The notes under the pieces are model-generated. The model saw nothing but the letters and a program-made list of their open reading frames with translations, had not been told where the DNA came from and searched no databases. The position numbers and the translations under genes are program-made. This document shows, piece by piece, positions 8,887-18,711 of a stretch of DNA of 64,000 bases (position 1 is its first letter; each line of letters starts with the position of its first letter). The DNA comes from Bdellovibrionota bacterium (GTDB taxonomy: Bacteria > Bdellovibrionota_C > UBA2361 > JBGSMV01), in contig JBGSMV010000047.1 in NCBI GenBank assembly GCA_041739995.1, forward strand, positions 261,682-325,681, read 5' to 3'.

Positions 8887-11079
8887 CTATCGTAAACGAA
8901 TATTGCGAACTGCTACACCCAAGGGGCGCGGATCTTGGCTAAGCCCTTGAAGGCGTGGAGATCTTACTATCGCGACTTTCGCCAAAAGGGTCGGGGAAGC
9001 CAGTAAATCCTTAAGGGGCACCTGCAACGTTACGGGAGTCCATTCACCACTTGGAAGTGCAGTCTGCTGCTGCCAAGCCCCGTTTGAGAAAGAAACTGAG
9101 TTTTCACTCCACGGACTCATCAGCTCCAGGCCTAAGGAAATGAACTCAGAATTTAGTGGTGCACGGAGAGCGCTCGAAAAATCAGTGAGTTCCAGATAAG
9201 AAGCGCGACCAGCAAGCCAGCAATATTCTTCTGAATGGTCGTCACCCGAAGCGGATTCGGGTGTGGCGGACCCTGTTGTTCCGGGTTCTGTTGTGGTTGC
9301 GCAGTTCTTCGAAGTCGGGTCAGCCAATTTGATTTGAAGAGAGTACCCCCCACTTGCTTTGGCATGTTGTTCGAGCGCTGCGGTTAGGGCGGCTCCCTCG
9401 GAGGGAACGAGAATACTGATTTCAGGGTTGGCAATGATTCGCTGAGTCTTTTTATCTCCTTCGAACCGTTCGGTTTCTTGAAAGAGCGCTTGCTCTGTGG
9501 AATTGATTCCTAGTGCCTGGGAAATCACAAACTTCGAAAATCCCTTTTGGTAAAGAGCCACCAGGCTTTCGTTGCCCTGATTAAATCGGGCGCGTGGGCC
9601 AATTGAGAAAGTAGAAACCGGAAGTTGAAGCTGCCCAGCGATGGCAATCTGCTCAAAGGGTGAGCTCTGTTCGATTTGTGGAAGGCGGTTCAAAAACTGT
9701 GCTCGTGACTCCACGAAGCTGACCGCTTCAGCTCGTTCGGTGAGAGAGCGCCAAAATGGGAATACCGCACATAGCAGGGCCGCGACCCCCAGCACTACTT
9801 TGCGAGGGCGTTCGCCGAGCTGCAACCACTGTATGCAGTGATGCAGTGCTACCGCCGCGCTTATGCACATGAAAGGCAGAAACACTAACATATTGCGGGT
9901 AAAGTTAGTCTTTTGACTCAGCATCAGCCCGAAAAATACAAGTGGAAATATTATGAACAAGAGGTTGGGCTGGAACGGACGGCGAAAGAAAGTCAGCATT
10001 CCCAGCAATCCAAGGGCGGTAGCCACGGGACCGAGTGCTTGGAAGCTTAGCCACTCAAGATAGAACATAAACTGAGCAGAACCCGGGGTAGTCATGTGCC
10101 CCTCGTGACCAACCACACCGTAGTGCCATATCTCGTAGGCGACCTGGTCTAAAAACTGAGGGATGTGAGCCAGGCTAAATGGCGTTGCCACAAGAAATCC
10201 GAACACAATGCTCGCGCACACGAGAGCGAGATTCTTGAGGTGTGGGCCGTATGAGAGGAGGCACCAAGCGATTGGTACTAGAACGATAGGTGCGGCGTTG
10301 TACTTAGACGAGATCGCAAGGCCGGCAACTAATCCGCACCCGAGTAGCGGTAGAAGTACATTGCGTTTCTGTGAGTCCAGTTCTTGAGAGCCGCGCCTAT
10401 GCGAACACAGCGCAATCCACACGCACCACACCGACATCAGCATCATGAGAATATCAACGCCAATGATTGCTCCTTCGGAAACGAGTGGAGGCGAGGTTGC
10501 AATTAAAAGCCCCGCCAGCAGAGTGGCTGAGAGGGAGCGAGACAGCCGCCATGTAATAGAGATACTCAGAAGCAGCGTCAGAATCCCAAGTGCGACCGTG
10601 AGAAGGCGACTGCCTTTGACGATGCCTGGATGGGAAGCGGAAAACGAGTAACCCGCGACACCAAATTTATCTCTGGTAGTCACATCCTGAATTGATCTGA
10701 TATGTCCTTCACGAACGCCCCATAAGAACGAGCCAGCAAACACCGGCATGCGAAGATAAAAATGCAGAGATGGCTTGTGGAAGTACTGAGGGTCGAGGCG
10801 ACCTTCCTTCATCATTTCCGCTAGTCGATTAAAGTGGTGGGCTTCGTCCTCTCGAGTAAAAAACGGCAAGCCTTCATTGATGCGTGGAAGCCTTAGCCAG
10901 CAGGCTAACAAAACGATTGCCACAAGCAGCAATCGTTTTGGCCAGCTGTTGAGGCTGGGCCAGACGCTGCAATGCGCAGAGCTGTCGCGGGCGGATAAGG
11001 ATGGCTGGTGGGTGAGTAGGCTTGAGGCACGCTCTGTCGAGTGCCATTCGTCGCTAGGATATTCAGCTGGCTGTGTCAT
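8887..11079 (-). CDS. GT-C fold membrane glycosyltransferase (GT39/ArnT-PMT-like)
   Basis: EDE after TM1, P-x-YF-x-KP, multiple TMs, GLAISSKY, C-terminal periplasmic domain ending DPRPLGV. Confidence 0.75.
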   Translation of the reverse strand: MTQPAEYPSDEWHSTERASSLLTHQPSLSARDSSAHCSVWPSLNSWPKRLLLVAIVLLACWLRLPRINEGLPFFTREDEAHHFNRLAEMMKEGRLDPQYFHKPSLHFYLRMPVFAGSFLWGVREGHIRSIQDVTTRDKFGVAGYSFSASHPGIVKGSRLLTVALGILTLLLSISITWRLSRSLSATLLAGLLIATSPPLVSEGAIIGVDILMMLMSVWCVWIALCSHRRGSQELDSQKRNVLLPLLGCGLVAGLAISSKYNAAPIVLVPIAWCLLSYGPHLKNLALVCASIVFGFLVATPFSLAHIPQFLDQVAYEIWHYGVVGHEGHMTTPGSAQFMFYLEWLSFQALGPVATALGLLGMLTFFRRPFQPNLLFIIFPLVFFGLMLSQKTNFTRNMLVFLPFMCISAAVALHHCIQWLQLGERPRKVVLGVAALLCAVFPFWRSLTERAEAVSFVESRAQFLNRLPQIEQSSPFEQIAIAGQLQLPVSTFSIGPRARFNQGNESLVALYQKGFSKFVISQALGINSTEQALFQETERFEGDKKTQRIIANPEISILVPSEGAALTAALEQHAKASGGYSLQIKLADPTSKNCATTTEPGTTGSATPESASGDDHSEEYCWLAGRASYLELTDFSSALRAPLNSEFISLGLELMSPWSENSVSFSNGAWQQQTALPSGEWTPVTLQVPLKDLLASPTLLAKVAIVRSPRLQGLSQDPRPLGVAVRNIRLR

Positions 11080-11353
11080 GTCAGAGTCCTGTCCTTAGAT
11101 GGCAGGGCGTTGGTAATTAGTGGGATACTGTAGGCGGCAGTATTACGCAGCCTCGATCGAATTGGGAGAGGCTATTAGAAATTGAGCAGCACCGGGGCGA
11201 CTCTGGGGCGCTTAAAGTATAGTGCTGGTCGCCGCACGTCTGTGAGTGGGCGAGGGCCGGAGTTGGTTTGACTAGCACTCTGGGCGCATTTACCGTCTGG
11301 CTGTTCCACCTTTTTGGACGAGCCCGTCGTGGCTCGAATCACGGTTCTCATAG

Positions 11354-12370
11354 ATGTCGAATCTTGCTTTTCAAACCTTTTTTCGTCCGAATTTGTTGGA
11401 CGACGACGGAGAATCCGCTTCTGGATATCGACCGTCTCCGGTATTTCGCCCTTGGCTGCGACGCCTTTCGGTTCTCCTCTTCGTTCTCTCGGCGATTAAT
11501 CTTGTGGTTGTTGCTTTTCTCGGAGCAGGGTCGGATCCGCTTTTTGGGGGCTTAGAGATCTCGAATAGAAAATCTCTGAGTGAGGGAATGTTTTCTGTGC
11601 TCTGTGCGCTGGCCGCGATACTCGTCAGGGCCGTCGTGGTGCACGGTGAAAGACGGGCTTGGCAGCGCCGAGTAGCGATGCTCGTCTCACTTAGCGGACT
11701 CTTGCTCCTAACTTCCTGTTTGCATATCTGGGCACCGGTGCACTTTGAGTGGCTCGTGTATGCAGCGCTCACGACTACTACCACGAGCCAAGTTCTCTTT
11801 GGCCTCTCTGCGATTCTTGCCCGAGGGCTCTCGCGTACGCTTGTGGAGCAGGAGGCACGAGTTCCCACAGGTGCGTCCCGAGCTTTTGCCACGGCGCTGT
11901 TGCTTTTTGTGGGTATGGTAGTGTTTCAGTCAGTAACCGGAGGGATTCTTCGGGTGACTAACGCGAGCCTTGCAATCCCAGATTTTCCTCTCATGGCGGG
12001 AGGAATATTTCCTCCCTTAAGTAGCGAAGGGATAGCTCACGTTAATCAGCTACGAGCTGACGTCGGCCTTGACCCGACCTTTCTCTCTCATGTGCTCTTG
12101 CATGTGGTGCATCGTTTGGGAGGCCTAATCCTGGCATTGGGCGCCGTCCTTCTATTGGCTCACGTCTTCTTTAGCCAGGAGTATGTGCGATCGGAGACCC
12201 GCTCCTCCGCGTGCCACCTCCTTGTATTGCTTGTTCTTGAGATAGTTGCGGGGGTAGCTCTTCTCTCGACCCTGCTTGATCCGCTAGCATTGGCCGCACA
12301 CGTAGTGCTGTCAGGATTGGTGCTGCGCCAGAGCCTGCTGCTCTGGTTGCGCGCTCGACTATGTTTGTAG
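11354..12370 (+). CDS. COX15/CtaA heme A synthase-like membrane protein with degenerate N-terminal half
   Basis: C-half GGILRVTNASLAIPDFPL, HVVHRLGG and AHV; about 8 TMs. Confidence 0.6.
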   Translation: MSNLAFQTFFRPNLLDDDGESASGYRPSPVFRPWLRRLSVLLFVLSAINLVVVAFLGAGSDPLFGGLEISNRKSLSEGMFSVLCALAAILVRAVVVHGERRAWQRRVAMLVSLSGLLLLTSCLHIWAPVHFEWLVYAALTTTTTSQVLFGLSAILARGLSRTLVEQEARVPTGASRAFATALLLFVGMVVFQSVTGGILRVTNASLAIPDFPLMAGGIFPPLSSEGIAHVNQLRADVGLDPTFLSHVLLHVVHRLGGLILALGAVLLLAHVFFSQEYVRSETRSSACHLLVLLVLEIVAGVALLSTLLDPLALAAHVVLSGLVLRQSLLLWLRARLCL

Positions 12371-12434
12371 CGCGGGGCCTACAGCTAAACTGACCTTAAC
12401 TCTTTCCTTCCGCCTCGAGCGTTGTTCAAAGCAC

Positions 12435-13595
12435 ATGATAATTCTTGCTTTAAAAATGTTGTTTGGAGACCGCGGCAAGTTTGTCGCGATGGTCGCTGGG
12501 GTGTTTTTCTCGGCGATGGTCATCACTCAGCAGTCTTCAATCTTTATCGGACTGATGACACGTACTTTCGGGTTCATTACTGACACGAATCTTCCCGATT
12601 TGTGGGTCATGGACGCCAGAGTGCAGTACGTCGATGACATTAAACCGATGCAAGATACCCAGCTTCTGCGCGTTCGAGGTGTTGAAGGAGTGGGTTGGGC
12701 GGTCCCACTCTATAAGGGGCTTCTTAAGGCGCGCCTTTCAGACGGACGATTTCAAAACTGCAATGTGATTGGCATCGATGACGCTACGTTGATCGGTGCC
12801 CCGGTGCGCATGGTCAAGGGGCGGATTGAGGACCTTCGAAAATCTGATGCAGTGATTGTCGACGCGGTAGCGGCGAGGACTCGGCTTGCTCTGCCACCGG
12901 CAGTTCCCGGTGGCGCTCGTATTCCATTAAAGCTTGGTGATGCAATTGAATTGAACGATCGACGGGCGGTGGTGGTGGGATTTGCTGAAACTACCCGTAC
13001 GTTTCAGTCTCAGCCCGTTGTGTATACCACCTATTCGCGCGCACTTCGTTACGCACCGAGCGAACGACGACTGCTATCTTTCATACTTGTGAAGGCGAAG
13101 CCTGGGGTAGATCCAAAGGTAGTTGCGCAGAACATCTCGGAAACGACAGGACTTGGCGCATTCACGAGCGACGAATTTAAGGACATCACTGTAAGTTTCT
13201 TCATGACGAGCACTGGAATTCCCATCAATTTTGGATTGGCTGTGGTTCTCGCCTTTATCGTGGGAACGGCAATTGTGGGGCAGACATTTTACACTTTTAC
13301 GAATGAGAACTTAAAATATTTTGGGACTCTGCGTGCGATGGGGGCGTCACCGTTCTCGTTGGTATTGATGATACTCGTTCAAGCGGCAGTAGTGGGAGGT
13401 ATCGGGTATGGGCTTGGCGTGGGGGCGGCTTCGCTCTTTCAATACATCGCCACTGGTTCCGAGTTAGCCTTTCGTTTGGTCTGGCAAATTCTGGCCATCA
13501 GCGGAGCTGCGGTCTTTCTGGTCTGCGCCATATCCGCGCTTTTGAGTGCGAGAAAGCTTCTCAAGCTTGAGCCGGCGATTGTGTTTAAGGGATAG
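12435..13595 (+). CDS. ABC exporter permease (FtsX/DevC-like)
   Basis: N-terminal TM, large periplasmic loop, three C-terminal TMs, FGTLRAMGA, LEPAIVFKG. Confidence 0.85.
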   Translation: MIILALKMLFGDRGKFVAMVAGVFFSAMVITQQSSIFIGLMTRTFGFITDTNLPDLWVMDARVQYVDDIKPMQDTQLLRVRGVEGVGWAVPLYKGLLKARLSDGRFQNCNVIGIDDATLIGAPVRMVKGRIEDLRKSDAVIVDAVAARTRLALPPAVPGGARIPLKLGDAIELNDRRAVVVGFAETTRTFQSQPVVYTTYSRALRYAPSERRLLSFILVKAKPGVDPKVVAQNISETTGLGAFTSDEFKDITVSFFMTSTGIPINFGLAVVLAFIVGTAIVGQTFYTFTNENLKYFGTLRAMGASPFSLVLMILVQAAVVGGIGYGLGVGAASLFQYIATGSELAFRLVWQILAISGAAVFLVCAISALLSARKLLKLEPAIVFKG

Positions 13596-13596
13596 T

Positions 13597-14373
13597 ATGG
13601 GGAGCGACATCGTAGCGGCTGAACATTCGACGGACACGGGCGCCGCGTCTTTGGCCATTCATTGCCTAGGAGTCCAAAAGAGCTACACCTCAGGTAGTGG
13701 GCCACAGCGCACAGTTACTCATGCGTTACGCGGGGTGAACTTAGATGTGCGCCGTGGCGAGCTGATGATGTTGGTGGGCCCCAGCGGTTGCGGAAAGACC
13801 ACTTTGCTATCAGTGCTGGCAGGAATCTTGAACCAAGACTCTGGAACGGTGTTAGTAGAAGGAGAGGATATTAACCACCTTCCTGAGCGACAGCGCTCTG
13901 CCTTTAGGGGGCATGCACTAGGATTCGTGTTCCAGTCGTACAATTTAATTCCTTCGCTTTCGATTTCGGAGAATGTTTCTGTCCCGCTGATTATTCGCGG
14001 ATGTGGCTGGGATGAAGCCTCGGTGCGGGCCGAGGCTATGCTAGCCAAAGTAGGGCTAGGTGACCGAGCCCAGGCATTGCCGAGACACTTATCGGGGGGG
14101 CAGCAGCAGAGAGTCGCCATTGCGAGAGCAATGGTTCATGACCCCAAGATTATCGTGTGCGATGAGCCTACCAGTGCGTTGGACCAGGATACGGGGCACC
14201 TCATGATGGAGCTTTTTAGGGAGGTCGTGCTGACCGAAGGGCGAACCTTAGTTATCGTGACCCATGATTCGCGAATTTTTTCCTTTGCAGATAGAATTGC
14301 GCGCATGAACGACGGGGAAGTGCTTGAGGTAGTGGAGGCGGCGTCCTTGAGTGAAGAGACCCATTCCCATTAG
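13597..14373 (+). CDS. ABC transporter ATP-binding protein (LolD/DevA-like)
   Basis: GPSGCGKT, GFVFQSYNL, LSGGQQQRVAIARA, DEPT, VTHD; start reset to ATG 13597. Confidence 0.92.
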   Translation: MGSDIVAAEHSTDTGAASLAIHCLGVQKSYTSGSGPQRTVTHALRGVNLDVRRGELMMLVGPSGCGKTTLLSVLAGILNQDSGTVLVEGEDINHLPERQRSAFRGHALGFVFQSYNLIPSLSISENVSVPLIIRGCGWDEASVRAEAMLAKVGLGDRAQALPRHLSGGQQQRVAIARAMVHDPKIIVCDEPTSALDQDTGHLMMELFREVVLTEGRTLVIVTHDSRIFSFADRIARMNDGEVLEVVEAASLSEETHSH

Positions 14374-14503
14374 TGTCCTGAGTTAAAAGTTCGATGAATA
14401 ATTCTCGCCGAGCTCGCTGCTCTCTTTGTGAGTATATTTAATGAATTACACAGTGAGTTCAGCGAGAAAAATACTTAAATGAACTTCTGACTCAGCACAT
14501 TAG
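14371..14503. mobile_element. MITE-like element, family A, copy 1
   Basis: Inverted ends TAGTGTCCTGAGTTAAAAGTTC / GAACTTCTGACTCAGCACATTA; closely similar copy at 42327-42468. Confidence 0.75.
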
Positions 14504-14539
14504 CAGACTTGTGAAAAACTCTTTTCACAAGTCTGTTAG
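14500..14539. repeat. Hairpin repeat, family B (minimal form)
   Basis: TAGCAGACTTGTGAAAA-ACTC-TTTTCACAAGTCTGTTA; core GTGAAAAACTCWTTTCAC shared with 56095-56142. Confidence 0.65.
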
Positions 14540-14581
14540 AAGCATTGCGGAAGTTTTAAAACGAGTGCATCGAAAGTAGTC

Positions 14582-15490
14582 ATGTTGGCCCGAGTTCGAA
14601 AATTCATACTTCCTAGTATTGCGATCATCGGGTTCATTCACGCACTGCGCGTGGTCGCGCTTGGAAATAATCCTCCTCCCATTCAAGAGCCCCTCACCTT
14701 GCCCGCAAAATCTCACTTCGAGCAGTATGTGGCAGGCTCAGGAATAGTAGAGTCCAGGAGCGAGAACGTTGCGGTCGCATCTCAGATCTCTGGGGTAGTT
14801 GAGCGAGTGCATGTGACTCTTGGCCAGATGGTTGCGCGCGAGGATCCTCTTTTCGAAATTGACGGACGCTCACTTCGCGCGCAAGAGGCGGTCCAAGAAG
14901 CAGAAGCTCAGGTTGCGGAAGCTCAGCTTGAAGATGCCCGTCGACAGCTGGAGTTGTATCGCAGCTTGGCGGACAAACGTGCCATTAGCGAAGATGAAAG
15001 AATTCGGCGCACTTCAGCATTTCAAATTGCCACTGCTCAGAATCTGGCTGCCCAGGCGCGAGTGAATGCAACCAGGGTGGAACTTGAGAGACTTGTCGTG
15101 AGGTCTCCGGTAGAGGGATCGGTATTGCAGATTAAAATTCGCCCCGGTGAGTACGCTCCTGCACAGGTTCTTGCACAGCCTTTGATGCTGGTAGGAGATA
15201 CGAAGACGTTGCATGTGCGGGTCGATATTGACGAAAATGATGCTTGGAGAATTAAGGCGGGGGCGCGTGCGGAGGCAAGCCTGCGCGGAAATCCAGAAAT
15301 TCGCATGACACTTTCGTTCGTTCGCTTCGAGCCTTATGTTGTTCCTAAAGTGTCCCTGACGGGATCTAGCTCCGAGCGAGTAGATACGCGTGTTTTGCAA
15401 TTGATTTATAAAGTTGAAAACCCACCAGAGAATCTCTTCGTTGGGCAGTTGATGGATGTGTTTGTTGACACACAAGGGGTAGCGGCATGA
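14582..15490 (+). CDS. Efflux periplasmic adaptor (membrane fusion protein, HlyD family)
   Basis: N-terminal anchor, lipoyl half-motifs (ISGVVERVHV, VRSPVEGSV), coiled-coil hairpin, ERVDTRVLQLIY. Confidence 0.88.
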   Translation: MLARVRKFILPSIAIIGFIHALRVVALGNNPPPIQEPLTLPAKSHFEQYVAGSGIVESRSENVAVASQISGVVERVHVTLGQMVAREDPLFEIDGRSLRAQEAVQEAEAQVAEAQLEDARRQLELYRSLADKRAISEDERIRRTSAFQIATAQNLAAQARVNATRVELERLVVRSPVEGSVLQIKIRPGEYAPAQVLAQPLMLVGDTKTLHVRVDIDENDAWRIKAGARAEASLRGNPEIRMTLSFVRFEPYVVPKVSLTGSSSERVDTRVLQLIYKVENPPENLFVGQLMDVFVDTQGVAA

Positions 15491-17031
15491 GACGGCGAGT
15501 AAGGTTAGTGAGTATTTTGGTTTGCGTACTGTTCGTGGGTGGTTGTGCATCGCTCCCTTCTGTTGGCCCTGATTACCAAGAGCCCGAAATAGAAATGCCT
15601 TCGCATTGGCTTACAGAGGAAAAAGCACTTTCTTCCAAGGAGGCCGAGACCGTCTCCTTGGATTGGTGGAAACTTTTTGATGACAAGGCGCTCGGGGAGC
15701 TTGTGGGTCGGGCGATTGAGAGCAGTCCCGATATTAGGATTGCGCTGGCGCGTGTTGGGGAGGCTCGAGCTGCGCTTCAAGTGGCGACTGCTGGCTTCTA
15801 TCCGCAGATAGATGCGGGAGCTAGTTTCGATCGGACTAACCCGAGTGATAGCTCCTTGCAGTCGGTCTCTCGCTCTCTTTCCCCCTTTAATCAGTATTCC
15901 ACCGGGTTTGATGCTTCATGGGAAATTGACGTTTTTGGAGGCCTCCGTAGAGAGCGCGAGGCGGCGGTCGCCACGCTCGAAGCGTCCGATGCGACCTACG
16001 CAGACGTAATGATCAGCTTGTTGGCCGAGGTGGCACGCAACTATTTCTCTATTCGGGCTTTCGACAAGCGTTTGCTGGTAAGCAAGAGAAACGTAGAAAC
16101 CCAAAGCGAGAGCTTAGAGCTTGTGACGGCGCGGTTTGATGCGGGCTTGGTCAGCGAGTTGGACGTCGCTCAGGCTACTAGTCTCCTTGAGACCACTCGC
16201 GCCGAGATTCCTAGGCTGGAGGACGAGAGAGTGAACACGCTTACCGCTCTTTCAATCCTGCTTGGTGATTTTCCTGATGCCACAGAAGAATTCTTTGCGA
16301 GTCACCCAAAGAGATCGATAAACGATCATGTAGCGAAACTTCCCGCACAGGTTTCCGTGGGGATCCCATTGGATCTGCTTCGGCGCCGACCTGATGTTCG
16401 AGTATTAGAACGTGAGCTTGCTGCTCAAACAGCGCGAGTGGGAGTAGCAGTCAGCGATCAGTATCCTCGTTTTTCTATAACTGGGCAGTTCGGATATTCA
16501 AGTTTTGAGTCCGGTTCTGTGTTCGAACGCGATAGCGAGCGTTGGGTGATTGGGCCATCGATCCAACTGCCGCTATTTAGAGGCGGCAGCATTCAGGGAA
16601 ACATTGAGGCGCAGGATCAACGCATGCTGCAAGCGCTGGCGCGCTATGAGAAAGGAGTGCTTACCGCAGTGGCTGAGACAGAATCTGCGCTCTCTTCCTT
16701 TGCGAGACAAAAGGAACGCCAAGTCTTTCTTGGTTCCGCGTCACGTGCGAGCGAGCGAGCGTTGGTGCTTTCAAGAGACCTTTATACTCAAGGAATTGCA
16801 GATTTTCAGCGAGTGCTCGATGCTGAAAGGGCTTCGTTGATTGCAGAGAATGCTCTGGTAGTTGCTGAAGAATCCACGGTACTGGCGTTGATCTCGATAT
16901 ATAAAGCGCTTGGCGGAGGGTGGGACCCAGAGCTCGGCAACTTTGAAGATGCTTGGTCGAACCCAGACCAAGTTGATCTATCGAAGGCGTCCGTAGAAGT
17001 GCAGAAGGCTCCCGCTTCGTCTCAGAATTAG
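15487..17031 (+). CDS. Outer membrane efflux lipoprotein (NodT/OprM family)
   Basis: Lipobox GGC, VGPDY, WWKLFDD, ASWEIDVFG, LLRRRPDV, YKALGGGW. Confidence 0.93.
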   Translation: MRRRVRLVSILVCVLFVGGCASLPSVGPDYQEPEIEMPSHWLTEEKALSSKEAETVSLDWWKLFDDKALGELVGRAIESSPDIRIALARVGEARAALQVATAGFYPQIDAGASFDRTNPSDSSLQSVSRSLSPFNQYSTGFDASWEIDVFGGLRREREAAVATLEASDATYADVMISLLAEVARNYFSIRAFDKRLLVSKRNVETQSESLELVTARFDAGLVSELDVAQATSLLETTRAEIPRLEDERVNTLTALSILLGDFPDATEEFFASHPKRSINDHVAKLPAQVSVGIPLDLLRRRPDVRVLERELAAQTARVGVAVSDQYPRFSITGQFGYSSFESGSVFERDSERWVIGPSIQLPLFRGGSIQGNIEAQDQRMLQALARYEKGVLTAVAETESALSSFARQKERQVFLGSASRASERALVLSRDLYTQGIADFQRVLDAERASLIAENALVVAEESTVLALISIYKALGGGWDPELGNFEDAWSNPDQVDLSKASVEVQKAPASSQN

Positions 17032-17059
17032 GATTTCCCTGAGCACCCGGGTTGCTACG

Positions 17060-17140
17060 TTCGTGGTCTTTGAGGTCTTTGTGGTTTAATCAAATTTAGG
17101 CCGATTCCTAGAGATTGTTTGCACCACTAAGACCACAAAG
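17060..17140. repeat. 9-bp-period inverted repeat (REP-like)
   Basis: TTCGTGGTC-TTTGAGGTC-TTTGTGGTT facing ACCACTAAG-ACCACAAAG. Confidence 0.55.
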
Positions 17141-17199
17141 AGTTGGTTTGTTGCTGGTGCAATACTTGGCGAGTCAGACTTCATAGGACGTAATCCCTT

Positions 17200-17592
17200 A
17201 TGACGATTCTCTTAGTTGCAGTTGGAGGCGCCGCCGGTTCTGTGGCCCGCTATCTTGTAGGACTTGGAGCGCTTCGTTTCGCCGCTGCCTCCGCGTTTCC
17301 CTTCGCGACTATTTTGGTAAATGTACTGGGCTGCTTTCTGCTGGGAGGAGTCCTTGCGCTAGTTGGTTCTGCAGGGCCGTCAACATCAGCAGTGGCATCT
17401 TTTCGATTATTGATAATCACGGGCTTCTTAGGTGGCTTCACGACCTTCTCCGCCTTCGCAGGAGAAACCGTGTTGCTTGCGCGGGAAGGGGCTCTTGGAT
17501 TTGCAGTGGGCAATGTAGTTGCACATGTGGTGCTGAGCCTGCTTGCGGTTGCGGTGGGGCACCGCTTGGCGGCGTATTTTATAGGCCCCTAA
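17200..17592 (+). CDS. crcB: Fluoride efflux channel Fluc/CrcB
   Basis: GGAAGSVARY, FPFATILVNVLG, TGFLGGFTTFSAF. Confidence 0.95.
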   Translation: MTILLVAVGGAAGSVARYLVGLGALRFAAASAFPFATILVNVLGCFLLGGVLALVGSAGPSTSAVASFRLLIITGFLGGFTTFSAFAGETVLLAREGALGFAVGNVVAHVVLSLLAVAVGHRLAAYFIGP

Positions 17593-17718
17593 GCCCTACA
17601 CCAACTCAAGCCTCGCGGTGCCTAAATAGATACTGACAATTGAGATGGATTCGGCTATCAGATGCTGCCTGGCTGTAGCACTTTTTACCTGATGAGGAAT
17701 GCCGTGAATCGAAAAACA

Positions 17719-18570
17719 ATGAATTGGAAAACAACTTTGGTCCTGACGAGTTCCACCTTGTTTTTAGGTTTAGGTAGCGCTAACGCGATTGAGACTCCCA
17801 CGGATTTAATTGAGAAGCTCAAGGCAGCGATTGCTGCGAAGAACATGCAAGCCGCATCAAAGCTTGTCGAATGGGGACACGCCCCGATTCCTGCCTACCG
17901 CATATTCAAGATGAGTCTCGCAGACTGTTTCCCTCCGGCGCAGTGTAAGATTGAAGTTGTAGAGATGAGCGCGGAGCATAAAAACCCGCAAGGAGATTAT
18001 AAATTCTCCGTGGTGCCAGAAGGAGAACTCAAACTTATCGATTCCTCAGTCGGCGGTAGTGATGGTTTCAGTATGCCCTTTGCGAAGGTCGGGACCGAAT
18101 ACAAGATTATTATCGGAGAACCTACGGAAGCCGGGTTTGCGCAGACCAAAGCTAGCGTAGACGCACGCAAAATCGCGGAGGAGTTAGCCCCCGATCTTCT
18201 TACCGGTGAAGCACTCCCGGCAGACGGAGGCGGCACAGCTGCTGCCTATCGTGACTATCTTGCCGCGATTGCACGTAACGATACGAATTTTCTTGCCCAG
18301 CATGGGACCGAAGGCGATCGGTATTTTTTTGGTACGGCGTATAAGAGCAATCCGACAAAGGCTGCGATTAACTTAGATCTCATTCGACTTGAGACCATCA
18401 AGGAACCCACCATTAAAGCCGGTTATGTGAAAGATAATCGTGCCGTGCTTTTAGTCAGTGGTGCCAATGGCCAAGGTTGGACGACGGAAGGAGCAGTGAC
18501 GTTTGTTCGTGAGTCCAATAAGTGGACAATCGAAGACAAGACTTACTTGAGTTACCCCCCGTTAAGCTGA
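17719..18570 (+). CDS. Hypothetical secreted protein
   Basis: Sec-like signal MNWKTTLVLTSSTLFLGLGSANA; start reset to 17719. Confidence 0.65.
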   Translation: MNWKTTLVLTSSTLFLGLGSANAIETPTDLIEKLKAAIAAKNMQAASKLVEWGHAPIPAYRIFKMSLADCFPPAQCKIEVVEMSAEHKNPQGDYKFSVVPEGELKLIDSSVGGSDGFSMPFAKVGTEYKIIIGEPTEAGFAQTKASVDARKIAEELAPDLLTGEALPADGGGTAAAYRDYLAAIARNDTNFLAQHGTEGDRYFFGTAYKSNPTKAAINLDLIRLETIKEPTIKAGYVKDNRAVLLVSGANGQGWTTEGAVTFVRESNKWTIEDKTYLSYPPLS

Positions 18571-18711
18571 ATTTGAGCTTCGGTTGCGGCGTCTTTTGCC
18601 TTGCTTGTCAGGGCACGAACATTCTCAGAAAACGCGGAAAGGCGAAGCCCTCGCACTACAGCCGCATAACGCTGGAGCAGGCACTGATTTACTTGCGGCA
18701 AGCGCTGAGGG

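Noticed and set aside
14371..14539. CRISPR array
   Set aside because: Repeats are dispersed single elements with inverted ends, not direct repeats with spacers; no cas genes in the window.
17032..17199. Fluoride riboswitch upstream of crcB
   Set aside because: No GATGG...CTGATG/CTAATG pseudoknot pattern seen; the space holds a 9-bp-period repeat.
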